Of a stretch of 24,059 nucleotides of DNA, positions 1 through 6,755 are shown piece by piece. The notes under the pieces are model-generated. The model was not told the DNA's origin. It made no database searches and saw only the letters and a program-made list of their open reading frames with translations. Position numbers and translations under genes: made by a program. The DNA comes from a virus, in UHGV virus genome UHGV-0237381. One strand, given 5' to 3'. Position 1 is the first letter of the stretch. Each line of letters opens with the position of its first letter.

Positions 1-64
1 AGAAGCAAAAGCAAAAGCAGATATTGCGGAGATGCAGGAAAATGACGAAAGAGAACGACATTGA
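1..64 (+). CDS. 3' end of holin-like gene spanning the circular junction (continues from 23899/23923..24059)
   Basis: 24058-24059 'cg' plus base 1 'a' gives Arg, then EAKAKADIAEMQENDERERH and stop TGA at 62-64. Charged C-terminal tail, overlapping the endolysin start. Confidence 0.7.
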   Translation, partial: EAKAKADIAEMQENDERERH

Positions 65-443
65 CACCCTTGCCCGCACCATATATGGGGAAGCAAGAGG
101 GGAAAAGACGATTGGAAAAAAGGCGGTTGCTTGTGTTATAATAAACCGCTACAAAGCGAAAAAATGGTTTTCAGGAAAAACAATTGCGGAAACATGCCAA
201 AAGCCTTGGCAATTTTCTTGTTGGAATAAGAACGACCCAAACCGCCAAAAGATTATGAATGCATCAATGCTTGAATTGGGTGAATGCTTGACAATTGCAG
301 AAGACTTTGTGAATGGTAAGGAAAAAGATTTTCTTTGCGGGGCTTGTCATTATCACACAGTAAATGTGAAGCCAAGTTGGGCGGAAGGAAAGAAGGCGGA
401 TTTTATGATTGGCAATCATTTGTTTTATATAGGGGTTGAATAA
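42..443 (+). CDS. Endolysin, SleB-like cell wall hydrolase (Hydrolase_2)
   Basis: LARTIYGEARGE, VACVIINR, QFSCWN, HYH and IGNHLFY motifs. ATG at 42 follows GGAG/AGGA. Confidence 0.9.
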   Translation: MTKENDIDTLARTIYGEARGEKTIGKKAVACVIINRYKAKKWFSGKTIAETCQKPWQFSCWNKNDPNRQKIMNASMLELGECLTIAEDFVNGKEKDFLCGACHYHTVNVKPSWAEGKKADFMIGNHLFYIGVE

Positions 444-584
444 ATGGATAAGATGAAAGAAGCATTGGCAAAGGTTGCCCCTTGGATTATATCATGGGCA
501 ATGGGACTTGTGACATATTACATGGCAGAAAATACAGAAAAGGGCTTTTCAGCCCTGATTTCAATTGTGGAAGTTTTCAAATGA
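444..584 (+). CDS. 46-aa small membrane protein in the lysis cassette (not in ORF track)
   Basis: MDKMKEALAKVAPWIISWAMGLVTYYMAENTEKGFSALISIVEVFK. ATG directly after the endolysin TAA, SD AGGGG upstream, stop overlaps the next ATG (ATGA). Confidence 0.65.
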   Translation: MDKMKEALAKVAPWIISWAMGLVTYYMAENTEKGFSALISIVEVFK

Positions 585-844
585 TGGATTGGTTGAAAAG
601 TTTATTGTTTTTTATTTTGTGGACTTGCCTTGTTTTTTATGGTGGATTTGTAGCGGGAAAAAATTCCACACAGAAGGAAGAATTGAAGAAAGATGTGCAA
701 CTATACCAAAAGAGGGAAGAAAACACCACAGAGCAAGAAAAAACAGCGGAAAAAATAAAGATTGTTTACAGGGAATTGAAAAGTGATGAAAAGGATTGTG
801 ATTTTGTGCTTGATTTTGATGTTTCAAAGTGCTTGCCAAAGTAA
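581..844 (+). CDS. Rz-like inner-membrane spanin
   Basis: N-terminal TM (LLFFILWTCLVFYGGFVAG), then charged coiled coil and C-terminal Cys residues. Lies downstream of the endolysin. Confidence 0.7.
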   Translation: MMDWLKSLLFFILWTCLVFYGGFVAGKNSTQKEELKKDVQLYQKREENTTEQEKTAEKIKIVYRELKSDEKDCDFVLDFDVSKCLPK

Positions 845-965
845 GCCTTTGACCTGTTGCCCGATAACTTCAGGAAGAATTCCACAGCCAAAAACAGTGC
901 GGGACTATATTGCGAATGATAAAATCTTTCAATCATATCTTGACAAATGCAAATGTAATTTATAA
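786..965 (+). CDS. Rz1-like outer-membrane lipoprotein spanin
   Basis: Signal peptide MKRIVILCLILMFQSA-C (lipobox-like), Pro/Cys-rich mature part, overlaps the 3' end of the Rz-like gene in another frame. Confidence 0.7.
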   Translation: MKRIVILCLILMFQSACQSKPLTCCPITSGRIPQPKTVRDYIANDKIFQSYLDKCKCNL

Positions 966-968
966 TAT
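940..968 (+). promoter_or_regulatory. Candidate sigma70 promoter for a short non-coding transcript
   Basis: TTGACA (940-945), 17 bp spacer, TAATAT (963-968). TATAAT also present at 961-966. Confidence 0.45.
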
Positions 969-971
969 ATA

Positions 972-1055
972 CAACGAAAGCAAAAATTTTTTTCATTTTG
1001 ACTTCAAGTAATATGTTGTAAACAGAAACCCCGCTGAATGGCGGGGCTTTCTTTT
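972..1055 (+). ncRNA. Candidate ~80-nt small RNA
   Basis: Promoter upstream, intrinsic terminator downstream, no plausible ORF. Contains TTTTTTTCATTTT, the complement of a start-codon region. Confidence 0.35.
1025..1055. terminator. Intrinsic terminator, probably bidirectional, between convergent operons
   Basis: GAAA-CCCCGC-tgaatg-GCGGGG-CTTTCTTTT. Confidence 0.8.
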
Positions 1056-1215
1056 ATTTCATTTCAAAATGCCTTTTCAGTATTCGGGCAATCAGCCTTG
1101 AAATTGGCAACATTTCAATTTTTGCATACTTTTCCACAAGTTCAGCAGTTGCCTTGTCAATTGTGATTGTAATGCGAACAGCTTTTTCATCATCTTTTAA
1201 AATCTTTCTTCCCAT
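1054..1215 (-). CDS. Ribbon-helix-helix (CopG/Arc-like) DNA-binding protein, 53 aa (not in ORF track)
   Basis: MGRKILKDDEKAVRITITIDKATAELVEKYAKIEMLPISRLIARILKRHFEMK: alternating beta strand RITITI, helix A, then 'ISRLIARIL' helix B. SD GGGGG upstream. Confidence 0.8.
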   Translation of the reverse strand: MGRKILKDDEKAVRITITIDKATAELVEKYAKIEMLPISRLIARILKRHFEMK

Positions 1216-1224
1216 GATAACCCC

Positions 1225-1893
1225 CTATTTAATAGCAACTTGACATTCTTGGAAGATTTCCAAGCCTGCAATGTTTCTTTCACCTGATTTGATTGCATTG
1301 CGAACAGCAGTTTCATTCAATTGAAGATATTGCAAAGGAACTTTTGACAAGTCAGTTAAGCGGAAAGCCCAAACCTTGCGAACAACTGAATTTGCGGAAG
1401 ATTGGTTGATTTCCATTTGCTTTGCGGTTGCATCAATGATTTTGTTTTGTTTTGCTTCAATTGCTTCAATCATTGCTTTCCTTGTGACAGCATCATATTC
1501 ACCCGCACCCGATTTCAAGGCTTCAAGTTCTTCAGCCTGTTTCAAGGCTTCATCTTCCGCCTTTTGTTTAATTGCAAGGGCTTCAGCTTCAATTCTTGCC
1601 CTTTGTTCATTCAAGAAGTGGTTTATCTTGCCACGAACAATTTCTTCAGCATCATTCAAAAATGATTTAGGTTCATTAAACATTGCCTTTATTTCTGCAA
1701 GTTCTTTCTTTGCATCTGATGAAAGTTCATCTTCCTGTTTCTTGATGGCTTTTTTGTAATCTGAAATTTCTTTCAACATTATCACCGCATTTTCCTTGTC
1801 AGCTTCATTTTCAATTTTGGCTTCATTCATTTTGTTGAGATAAACCCTTGCTTTGATTTCAATGGGCTGAACTATTGCTTGAAAATCTTTCAT
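1225..1893 (-). CDS. Coiled-coil phage protein with Gp157-like C-terminus
   Basis: Long helical region followed by 'DLSKVPLQYL...AVRNAIKSGERNIAGLEI'. Start MKDFQ at 1893 with SD GGAAGGA. Confidence 0.6.
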   Translation of the reverse strand: MKDFQAIVQPIEIKARVYLNKMNEAKIENEADKENAVIMLKEISDYKKAIKKQEDELSSDAKKELAEIKAMFNEPKSFLNDAEEIVRGKINHFLNEQRARIEAEALAIKQKAEDEALKQAEELEALKSGAGEYDAVTRKAMIEAIEAKQNKIIDATAKQMEINQSSANSVVRKVWAFRLTDLSKVPLQYLQLNETAVRNAIKSGERNIAGLEIFQECQVAIK

Positions 1894-1920
1894 TGTTTTT
1901 TCCTTCCGATAAAAATTAAA

Positions 1921-1985
1921 ATACATCTTATATATACACTAATTGTTTTAATTTGTCAACATACTTTTTCATATTTTTTCATATT
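1921..1985 (-). promoter_or_regulatory. Leftward promoter with upstream 10-bp direct repeats
   Basis: On the minus strand: TTGACA (1959-1954), 17 bp, TATATA (1936-1931), preceded by AATATG-AAAAAATATG-AAAAAGTATG. Near-copy at 4375-4439. Confidence 0.7.
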
Positions 1986-1990
1986 AGGTG

Positions 1991-2019
1991 TTGACAATTA
2001 AAAAAATGGGAATTATAAA
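1991..2019 (+). promoter_or_regulatory. Rightward sigma70 promoter (divergent pair)
   Basis: TTGACA (1991-1996), 17 bp, TATAAA (2014-2019). Confidence 0.7.
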
Positions 2020-2045
2020 GGACTTGTTTTCAACATTATTTTGAG

Positions 2046-2990
2046 GTGCAAAAAATGGAAGATGGAATATATTTCAATTTGCCTGATGAAGTTTATCACA
2101 ATGAGAAAAGATTGAGTTCTTCAGGAATTCGGGACATATTAGACAACCCAACATTTTATTGGTTCAATTCTAATTTGAACCCATTGCGGGAAGAAAAGCC
2201 AAGCGAAGCAATGACAGATGGCAAAATATTTCATGCAATGATATTGGAAGGCGAAAATTTCCACAACAAATTCAAAGTCACACCGCCTGAAATAGAGATA
2301 TTGAACAAAAATTGTTCAGAATACAGGATTTGGAAATCAGCCCAAACATTGGAAGTGATTTCACAGGCAAAATTCAAGAAGTTCAATTTGATTTGCGAAT
2401 ATTTGAAAGAAGAAGGGCAATTGCTTGATTGCAATATATTTCAAGGTGGTTTCCCTGAAGTTTCAATCTTTTGGACTGAAGACGGCATCAAGAGAAAAGC
2501 CCGCATTGACTACCTGAAACAAAATTCAATCTTGGATTTGAAAACATTCTTGAAAACGAAAAAAAGCCCGCTTGCAAGTTTTGTTTCACAATATTTTTTC
2601 AGTTTCAGGGTTTACCTTCAATTGATATATTACAAAAGAGCGGTTTTGTTTGCTTTGAATAGTGAATTGCCTGTTTATGGAACAGATGAACAGATTGCCT
2701 TTTGGGAATCCATGAGGGGAACAGAAGATTTGATGACAATGGCGGTTTTTGTGAATAGAGAATTGCCACAAACAGCCCTGAAGGTGTTTTTGAAGGATAG
2801 ATGCCCCGACCTTTGGCGATTAGGTGAAAAGCAGATTGCACAGGCGGAAAACATCTTCAAAGAATACATGGAAAAATTCGGTTCAAAGTCAGCATGGCTT
2901 CAAGATGTTGAAGTTGGTGCGGAAGACCTTATTTTCACAGATGCGGACTTCCCGCAGTCGTTTTATGAATTATTACAAGGGGAAATGTAA
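2046..2990 (+). CDS. PD-(D/E)XK exonuclease, RecE/ExoVIII-like (DUF3799-like)
   Basis: GIYFNLPDEVYH...LSSSGI, G.IFHAMILE, EVSIFW, KARIDYL, ILDLKT and YLQL..Y motifs. Confidence 0.85.
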   Translation: MQKMEDGIYFNLPDEVYHNEKRLSSSGIRDILDNPTFYWFNSNLNPLREEKPSEAMTDGKIFHAMILEGENFHNKFKVTPPEIEILNKNCSEYRIWKSAQTLEVISQAKFKKFNLICEYLKEEGQLLDCNIFQGGFPEVSIFWTEDGIKRKARIDYLKQNSILDLKTFLKTKKSPLASFVSQYFFSFRVYLQLIYYKRAVLFALNSELPVYGTDEQIAFWESMRGTEDLMTMAVFVNRELPQTALKVFLKDRCPDLWRLGEKQIAQAENIFKEYMEKFGSKSAWLQDVEVGAEDLIFTDADFPQSFYELLQGEM

Positions 2991-2991
2991 G

Positions 2992-3162
2992 ATGAAGTTA
3001 GAAGAAAAGAAAAAACAGATGATTGAAGAAGCAAAAATCAAAATCAAAGTATATAAAACTTTGCTTGAAGCTATTGAAGAAAATGGGGGAATGTTTGCAA
3101 AAGCAATGATTGAAGGAAAGTTGCAAGCAGAAAAAACATTTGTGAAAATCATGGAGAGTTGA
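2992..3162 (+). CDS. Hypothetical helical protein (56 aa)
   Basis: ATG 2 nt after the exonuclease stop, SD AGGGG upstream. Confidence 0.6.
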   Translation: MKLEEKKKQMIEEAKIKIKVYKTLLEAIEENGGMFAKAMIEGKLQAEKTFVKIMES

Positions 3163-3166
3163 GAAG

Positions 3167-3610
3167 ATGACACAAAAACACTTGAAATTCATTGACAGCT
3201 TGCCTTGCGTTGTATGTGGAAGATATGAAAGCACACATCATCACTTGTTGCGAGTTGATAGGGAATATTTGACAGCAACCAAAGAAACAGAAGGTTTGAT
3301 GTTTCCAAAGGTAAAATCAAAGGGCATGGGGACAAAGTCAGATGACAGGTTTTGTTTGCCTGTTTGCCCAAAGCATCATGCGGAAGCACATGCCTTTGGA
3401 AATGACAAAGCATATTTTCAAAAACATGGAATTGTGAAACCTGAAGAATTTGCCCTTGCATTATGGAGAAGAAGCGGGCAATATGAAAGAGTGATGGATT
3501 TGATGAAATGGCATTTTTTAGGGAAGGGAAAATGTTCAGAATTGCAGAGTTCAAAAAAGTTGGGGGCAGACAAGTTTTCACAAAGTTTGCATTCAAGGGG
3601 TATAAATTAG
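3167..3610 (+). CDS. DUF968-like HNH/zinc-finger putative nuclease
   Basis: HLKFIDSLPCVVCG...HHHL...GMGTKSDDRFCLPVCPKHHAEAH. Confidence 0.75.
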   Translation: MTQKHLKFIDSLPCVVCGRYESTHHHLLRVDREYLTATKETEGLMFPKVKSKGMGTKSDDRFCLPVCPKHHAEAHAFGNDKAYFQKHGIVKPEEFALALWRRSGQYERVMDLMKWHFLGKGKCSELQSSKKLGADKFSQSLHSRGIN

Positions 3611-3933
3611 ACCAAGAAGGGAATTTGACCCACTACAAAAAGAAAATCAACCAAAAGGACAGGAGAAGAAAAAACTTTGTTGAAATAAACATGTGGACAG
3701 GACAAAGGGACATCAAGGGGAAACCTTTATATGCTGAAGATTATGTTTTTGACCACATCAACAAGGTGAATGGAATTATAAAATGGTTCAACAACATGGG
3801 CGGTTTCATCTTGCGGGTTGATGCAGGAAAGATTGAAATTCCTTATTCATATTTGAATGAAGATGATGTGAAATTGGAACTTTTGGGAAACCGCTATGAA
3901 AACGAGGGAAGGAAAAACAAATGGAAGGATTAA
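3532..3933 (+). CDS. YopX-like protein
   Basis: MWTGQRDIKGKPLYAEDYV ... LELLGNRYEN matches the YopX 'TG.KD..G.EIYEGD...EVIGNI.EN' pattern. Confidence 0.7.
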   Translation: MFRIAEFKKVGGRQVFTKFAFKGYKLDQEGNLTHYKKKINQKDRRRKNFVEINMWTGQRDIKGKPLYAEDYVFDHINKVNGIIKWFNNMGGFILRVDAGKIEIPYSYLNEDDVKLELLGNRYENEGRKNKWKD

Positions 3934-3936
3934 AAA

Positions 3937-4146
3937 ATGAGCGGTGGAAAAAGATGTAAATGTGAAAATCCAAAATGGGAAGTTTTGCAATATAAATGTA
4001 ATTATTCAGCTTTTGAATATCCAAAGGGGGAATATCATAGTTCTGATTATTCATTATTACATTGCAAAAATTGCGATGCTTTTTGGCGAACAAAAGCTGA
4101 TTATGTTGAAAAAATTTTGAGGGAACAAGATGATGAAAATATTTAA
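3937..4146 (+). CDS. Small Cys-rich putative zinc-binding protein
   Basis: CKC...CKNCDAFWRT. SD GGAAGGA. Confidence 0.6.
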   Translation: MSGGKRCKCENPKWEVLQYKCNYSAFEYPKGEYHSSDYSLLHCKNCDAFWRTKADYVEKILREQDDENI

Positions 4147-4336
4147 TTTAGTTATAATGAAAAAGCAATGGTTCAACTATGAAAAAACAAAGTCTTTTGA
4201 TGAAGGCTTCACAAAAGGGGTTGAACATTCGTTTTTTGTTAAAATACACATTATGAAAGAATTGGAAAGACTGAAGAATGACCATTGGGACAAAGATGCA
4301 TTTGACCGAATAATTGAGCTTATGAAAAGGGAATAA
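4130..4336 (+). CDS. Hypothetical protein
   Basis: Overlap-coupled ORF with SD GAGGG. Last gene before an AT-rich spacer. Confidence 0.55.
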   Translation: MMKIFNLVIMKKQWFNYEKTKSFDEGFTKGVEHSFFVKIHIMKELERLKNDHWDKDAFDRIIELMKRE

Positions 4337-4370
4337 ATGATTGAAAAACAAGTCTTTTTTATTTTATTGT

Positions 4371-4400
4371 TAAAAATATGAAAAAATATGAAAAAATATG
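4371..4400 (+). repeat. 3 x 10-bp tandem repeat (A/T)AAAAATATG
   Basis: taaaaatatg aaaaaatatg aaaaaatatg, abutting the -35 hexamer. Confidence 0.9.
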
Positions 4401-4439
4401 TTGATAACAAAAAATATATAGTGTATATATTAGATATGT
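4375..4439 (+). promoter_or_regulatory. Promoter of the second early operon, paralogous to the leftward promoter
   Basis: TTGATA (4401-4406), 17 bp, TATATA (4424-4429). 54/65 ungapped identity (hand count) to the reverse complement of 1921-1985. Confidence 0.7.
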
Positions 4440-4464
4440 TCAACAGATATGAAAGGAAGTCAAC

Positions 4465-4845
4465 ATGAAAAAATATATTGGAAATGTTATTGAATGCAAT
4501 GGTGGTGTTGTTAGAATGTTAAACACTAAAGGTGCATTAATCCCACATTGTCAAGGTGGTTTGAATTGTGCAAAAGAAGATTTGGTTTTTGTTTCTTATG
4601 AAGAAGCAAAGGTGAACAAAGACTTCTTGGCAATGAATGGAATTCGCTTTTTGACTGATGAAGAAGTTGCACATTTTTTCAGGGGTGAAAATTTGAAAGG
4701 CGAAAAATTGAAAAAGCCTGAAGCCCCAAAAATCAGCGAAGAAGAAAAAGCGGAAATGAAAAAGGCAATTGAAGAAACAATCAAAGAATATGAAGCAGAA
4801 GGAAAAGATGCAAAATTTATGAAGGAAATGTTGGCGAAGTATTAA
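4465..4845 (+). CDS. Hypothetical early protein
   Basis: Strong SD GAAAGGA, first gene after the promoter. Confidence 0.7.
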   Translation: MKKYIGNVIECNGGVVRMLNTKGALIPHCQGGLNCAKEDLVFVSYEEAKVNKDFLAMNGIRFLTDEEVAHFFRGENLKGEKLKKPEAPKISEEEKAEMKKAIEETIKEYEAEGKDAKFMKEMLAKY

Positions 4846-4852
4846 AACACAG

Positions 4853-4871
4853 GGGGCGGAAACCCCGCCCC
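4853..4871 (+). other. Intergenic GC-rich hairpin without a U-tract (possible mRNA stabiliser or weak terminator)
   Basis: GGGGCGG-aaacc-CCGCCCC followed by TTCAAC. Confidence 0.55.
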
Positions 4872-4895
4872 TTCAACATAAGAAAGGAAGGAAAA

Positions 4896-5213
4896 ATGGA
4901 AAATTTGAAGAATGTATTTATTGAAGCATTGAAAAAGCAAGTTAGTGAAAGGGCGGATTCTTTGCTTGAAGATGATTTGAACAATGAGGAAGGCGGGAAA
5001 TATTTTATAAAATATGATTTTGATGCGGTTGACATTGGGGTTGGGCATCAAATAGTAAGAAAAGACACAATCCAAGATGAAGACCAAGCCTTTGAAGATG
5101 CAAAAGATGAATTGATTGAAGAATTGAAAAATGCTGATTATGAAACTTTTTATTCTTTGATTGAAAATGAAAATGTTTTAAATGCAATTATTGAACTTTT
5201 GGGGGAATGTTAA
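4896..5213 (+). CDS. Highly acidic hypothetical protein
   Basis: D/E-rich, 105 aa, SD AAGGAAGG. Confidence 0.7.
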   Translation: MENLKNVFIEALKKQVSERADSLLEDDLNNEEGGKYFIKYDFDAVDIGVGHQIVRKDTIQDEDQAFEDAKDELIEELKNADYETFYSLIENENVLNAIIELLGEC

Positions 5214-5214
5214 A

Positions 5215-5421
5215 ATGGAATTTAAGAAATATAAACAAGATGCAGTGAATGGCAAATGGTATGAAGTGCAGGAAGAAGGCTTCACAAATGAAGAATGGGA
5301 AGCATTTCAAAAAAGATGGCATCAAGGCGAAAAAATGGTGAAGAAATTCACAAAAACTGAATGTTTTATGATTTTATTTGCTTTGTTGTTGGTTGAAGCA
5401 AAAATATTGGGGATTTGGTAA
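5215..5421 (+). CDS. Small protein with C-terminal TM helix
   Basis: MEFKKY...CFMILFALLLVEAKILGIW. SD GGGGG. Confidence 0.6.
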   Translation: MEFKKYKQDAVNGKWYEVQEEGFTNEEWEAFQKRWHQGEKMVKKFTKTECFMILFALLLVEAKILGIW

Positions 5422-5422
5422 C

Positions 5423-5611
5423 ATGAAAACAGCTATATTCAAGGGATATGATGAAGATGGTGAAATTTGGGCAATTGGCAAGTCTTATGGTGAAAACGAT
5501 TATGAAACCAAGTTTATTTGCCCGATAGAGCCAACAAAAGAACTTGTTGAAGAATACGAAAGGTTGAAAAATGTATTTGATAACAGCGGAAAAAAAAAGT
5601 CGGTTACATAG
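5423..5611 (+). CDS. Hypothetical protein ending just after an A9 tract
   Basis: MKTAIFKGYDEDGEIW..., coupled to the upstream stop codon. Confidence 0.55.
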   Translation: MKTAIFKGYDEDGEIWAIGKSYGENDYETKFICPIEPTKELVEEYERLKNVFDNSGKKKSVT

Positions 5612-5790
5612 GAAGATTGACAAGAAGTGAAGAAAACTTTTTGTATATCTTCAAGGTTGAGAATGAAACTGAAATAAAAAGATTTAATGAAAAAATTGTT
5701 GTTTATTCGGTTTTTGAATTATTAAACTTTATTGAAAGGGTAGAAGATGACATTGAAAGCGGAAGTTTTGCGACATCTAAAGCAATATAA
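5571..5790 (+). pseudogene. Gene apparently frameshifted at the A9 tract (5590-5598)
   Basis: ATG at 5571 with SD GAAAGG. With A8 it reads MYLITAEKKVGYIGRLTRSEENFLYIFKVENETEIKRFNEKIVVYSVFELLNFIERVEDDIESGSFATSKAI* to TAA at 5790. Confidence 0.45.
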
Positions 5791-5960
5791 AAGCATCACA
5801 AGTTTTGAAGCCTTCACCGAATATGGGGGCAACAAGACTTTCTGCAATTATATTTGATTTAAGAAAAACACATATCATCAATGATGAATGGATTGAAAGA
5901 ACAAACAGATTTGGTGATAGTGTAAGGTTTAAAAAATATTTATATGTAAAGGAAATTTAA
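5747..5960 (+). pseudogene. Winged HTH (HTH_39-like) gene frameshifted at the G5 tract (5825-5829)
   Basis: With G4 it reads MTLKAEVLRHLKQYKSITSFEAFTEYGATRLSAIIFDLRKTHIINDEWIERTNRFGDSVRFKKYLYVKEI*. Span of 214 nt is 71 codons + 1. Confidence 0.75.
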
Positions 5961-5962
5961 TC

Positions 5963-6250
5963 ATGGAAACAGAACCAAGAATGGAAATTGTAATGAATGC
6001 AGACAAAGACCCCAAAAATGTTGCATTGGGTGTTGATAGATTGCGAAGCCTTATTGAAAGGATTGAAAGATTGCAAGAAGAAGTGAAGGAAATTCAATCA
6101 GACATCAAGGATATATTTGCAGAAGCAAAGGCGGTTGGTTATGATGTGAAAATCATGCGGGAAGTGATAAAATTGCGAAAAATGAATGCAGTTGACCGAG
6201 ATGAACAAGAATATTTGATTGATACATATAAAAGGGCTTTAGGGCTATGA
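5963..6250 (+). CDS. gapR: GapR-like nucleoid-associated protein (DUF2312)
   Basis: DRLRSLIERIERLQEEVKEIQSDIKDIFAEAKAVGYDVKIMREVIKLRKM...EQEYLIDTYKRALG is a near-consensus DUF2312 sequence. Confidence 0.92.
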   Translation: METEPRMEIVMNADKDPKNVALGVDRLRSLIERIERLQEEVKEIQSDIKDIFAEAKAVGYDVKIMREVIKLRKMNAVDRDEQEYLIDTYKRALGL

Positions 6251-6447
6251 AAAACGAAAAGAAAGGGTGCTTCTTGAATATCTACAAAGACCCAACAGGG
6301 AAAAAGAAGGACTATATCATTGAAATGGGTGGTGAATATGACAGCTTCAGAATTGCGGTTGATTTTGCCAACCTTTTGACCATAAAAAACAATATTATTA
6401 AAATTGAAGAGGGAGTGAAAAAGAATGAAAGAGATTTTGACAATTGA
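6247..6447 (+). CDS. Hypothetical protein
   Basis: ATGA overlap with gapR. Confidence 0.55.
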   Translation: MKNEKKGCFLNIYKDPTGKKKDYIIEMGGEYDSFRIAVDFANLLTIKNNIIKIEEGVKKNERDFDN

Positions 6448-6742
6448 AAAATTGCGGAAGATTAGGAAAAGGAAAGGAATGACACAGGCAGAATTTGCGG
6501 GCTTGGTTGGATATTCTGAAACCTACATTCAAAAGCTTGAACAGGGACAAAAGCCCATCACAAGCGAGTTCACAAACAATTTGTTGAAAGCCCTTGATCT
6601 TGAAAAAGCATATAGAAGGGCATGTTCACAATGTTGTGAAGTTCATGAAAAAGCAAAAAGGGGAAAATCATCAATAAAAGATTGGATTTTTAGATTGATT
6701 TTTGTTTTGTTTTGGATTTTATGTTTAATTTTTGCACATTAG
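6425..6742 (+). CDS. XRE/Cro-type HTH protein with C-terminal TM segment
   Basis: LRKIRKRKGMTQAEFAGLVGYSETYIQKLEQGQKP; C-terminus WIFRLIFVLFWILCLIF. Confidence 0.85.
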   Translation: MKEILTIEKLRKIRKRKGMTQAEFAGLVGYSETYIQKLEQGQKPITSEFTNNLLKALDLEKAYRRACSQCCEVHEKAKRGKSSIKDWIFRLIFVLFWILCLIFAH

Positions 6743-6755
6743 AAAGGAAGAAAAA

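Noticed and set aside
482..580. N-terminal extension of the 482..844 ORF
   Set aside because: TTG start without an SD. The region is occupied by the 444-584 ORF, and the spanin start at 581 is coupled to its stop.
766..996. Minus-strand ORF beginning MKKIFAF as a secreted protein
   Set aside because: No SD, antisense to both spanins, and downstream of the terminator on that strand. Better explained as the complement of the candidate sRNA.
3508..3610. Possible third homopolymer frameshift (T6 near 3514) explaining the 79-nt overlap of the HNH-like and YopX-like genes
   Set aside because: Both genes are intact as written, and such overlaps occur in phages. There is no independent evidence.
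4371..4400. Tandem repeats as a CRISPR array
   Set aside because: 10-bp units with no spacers, and no cas genes.
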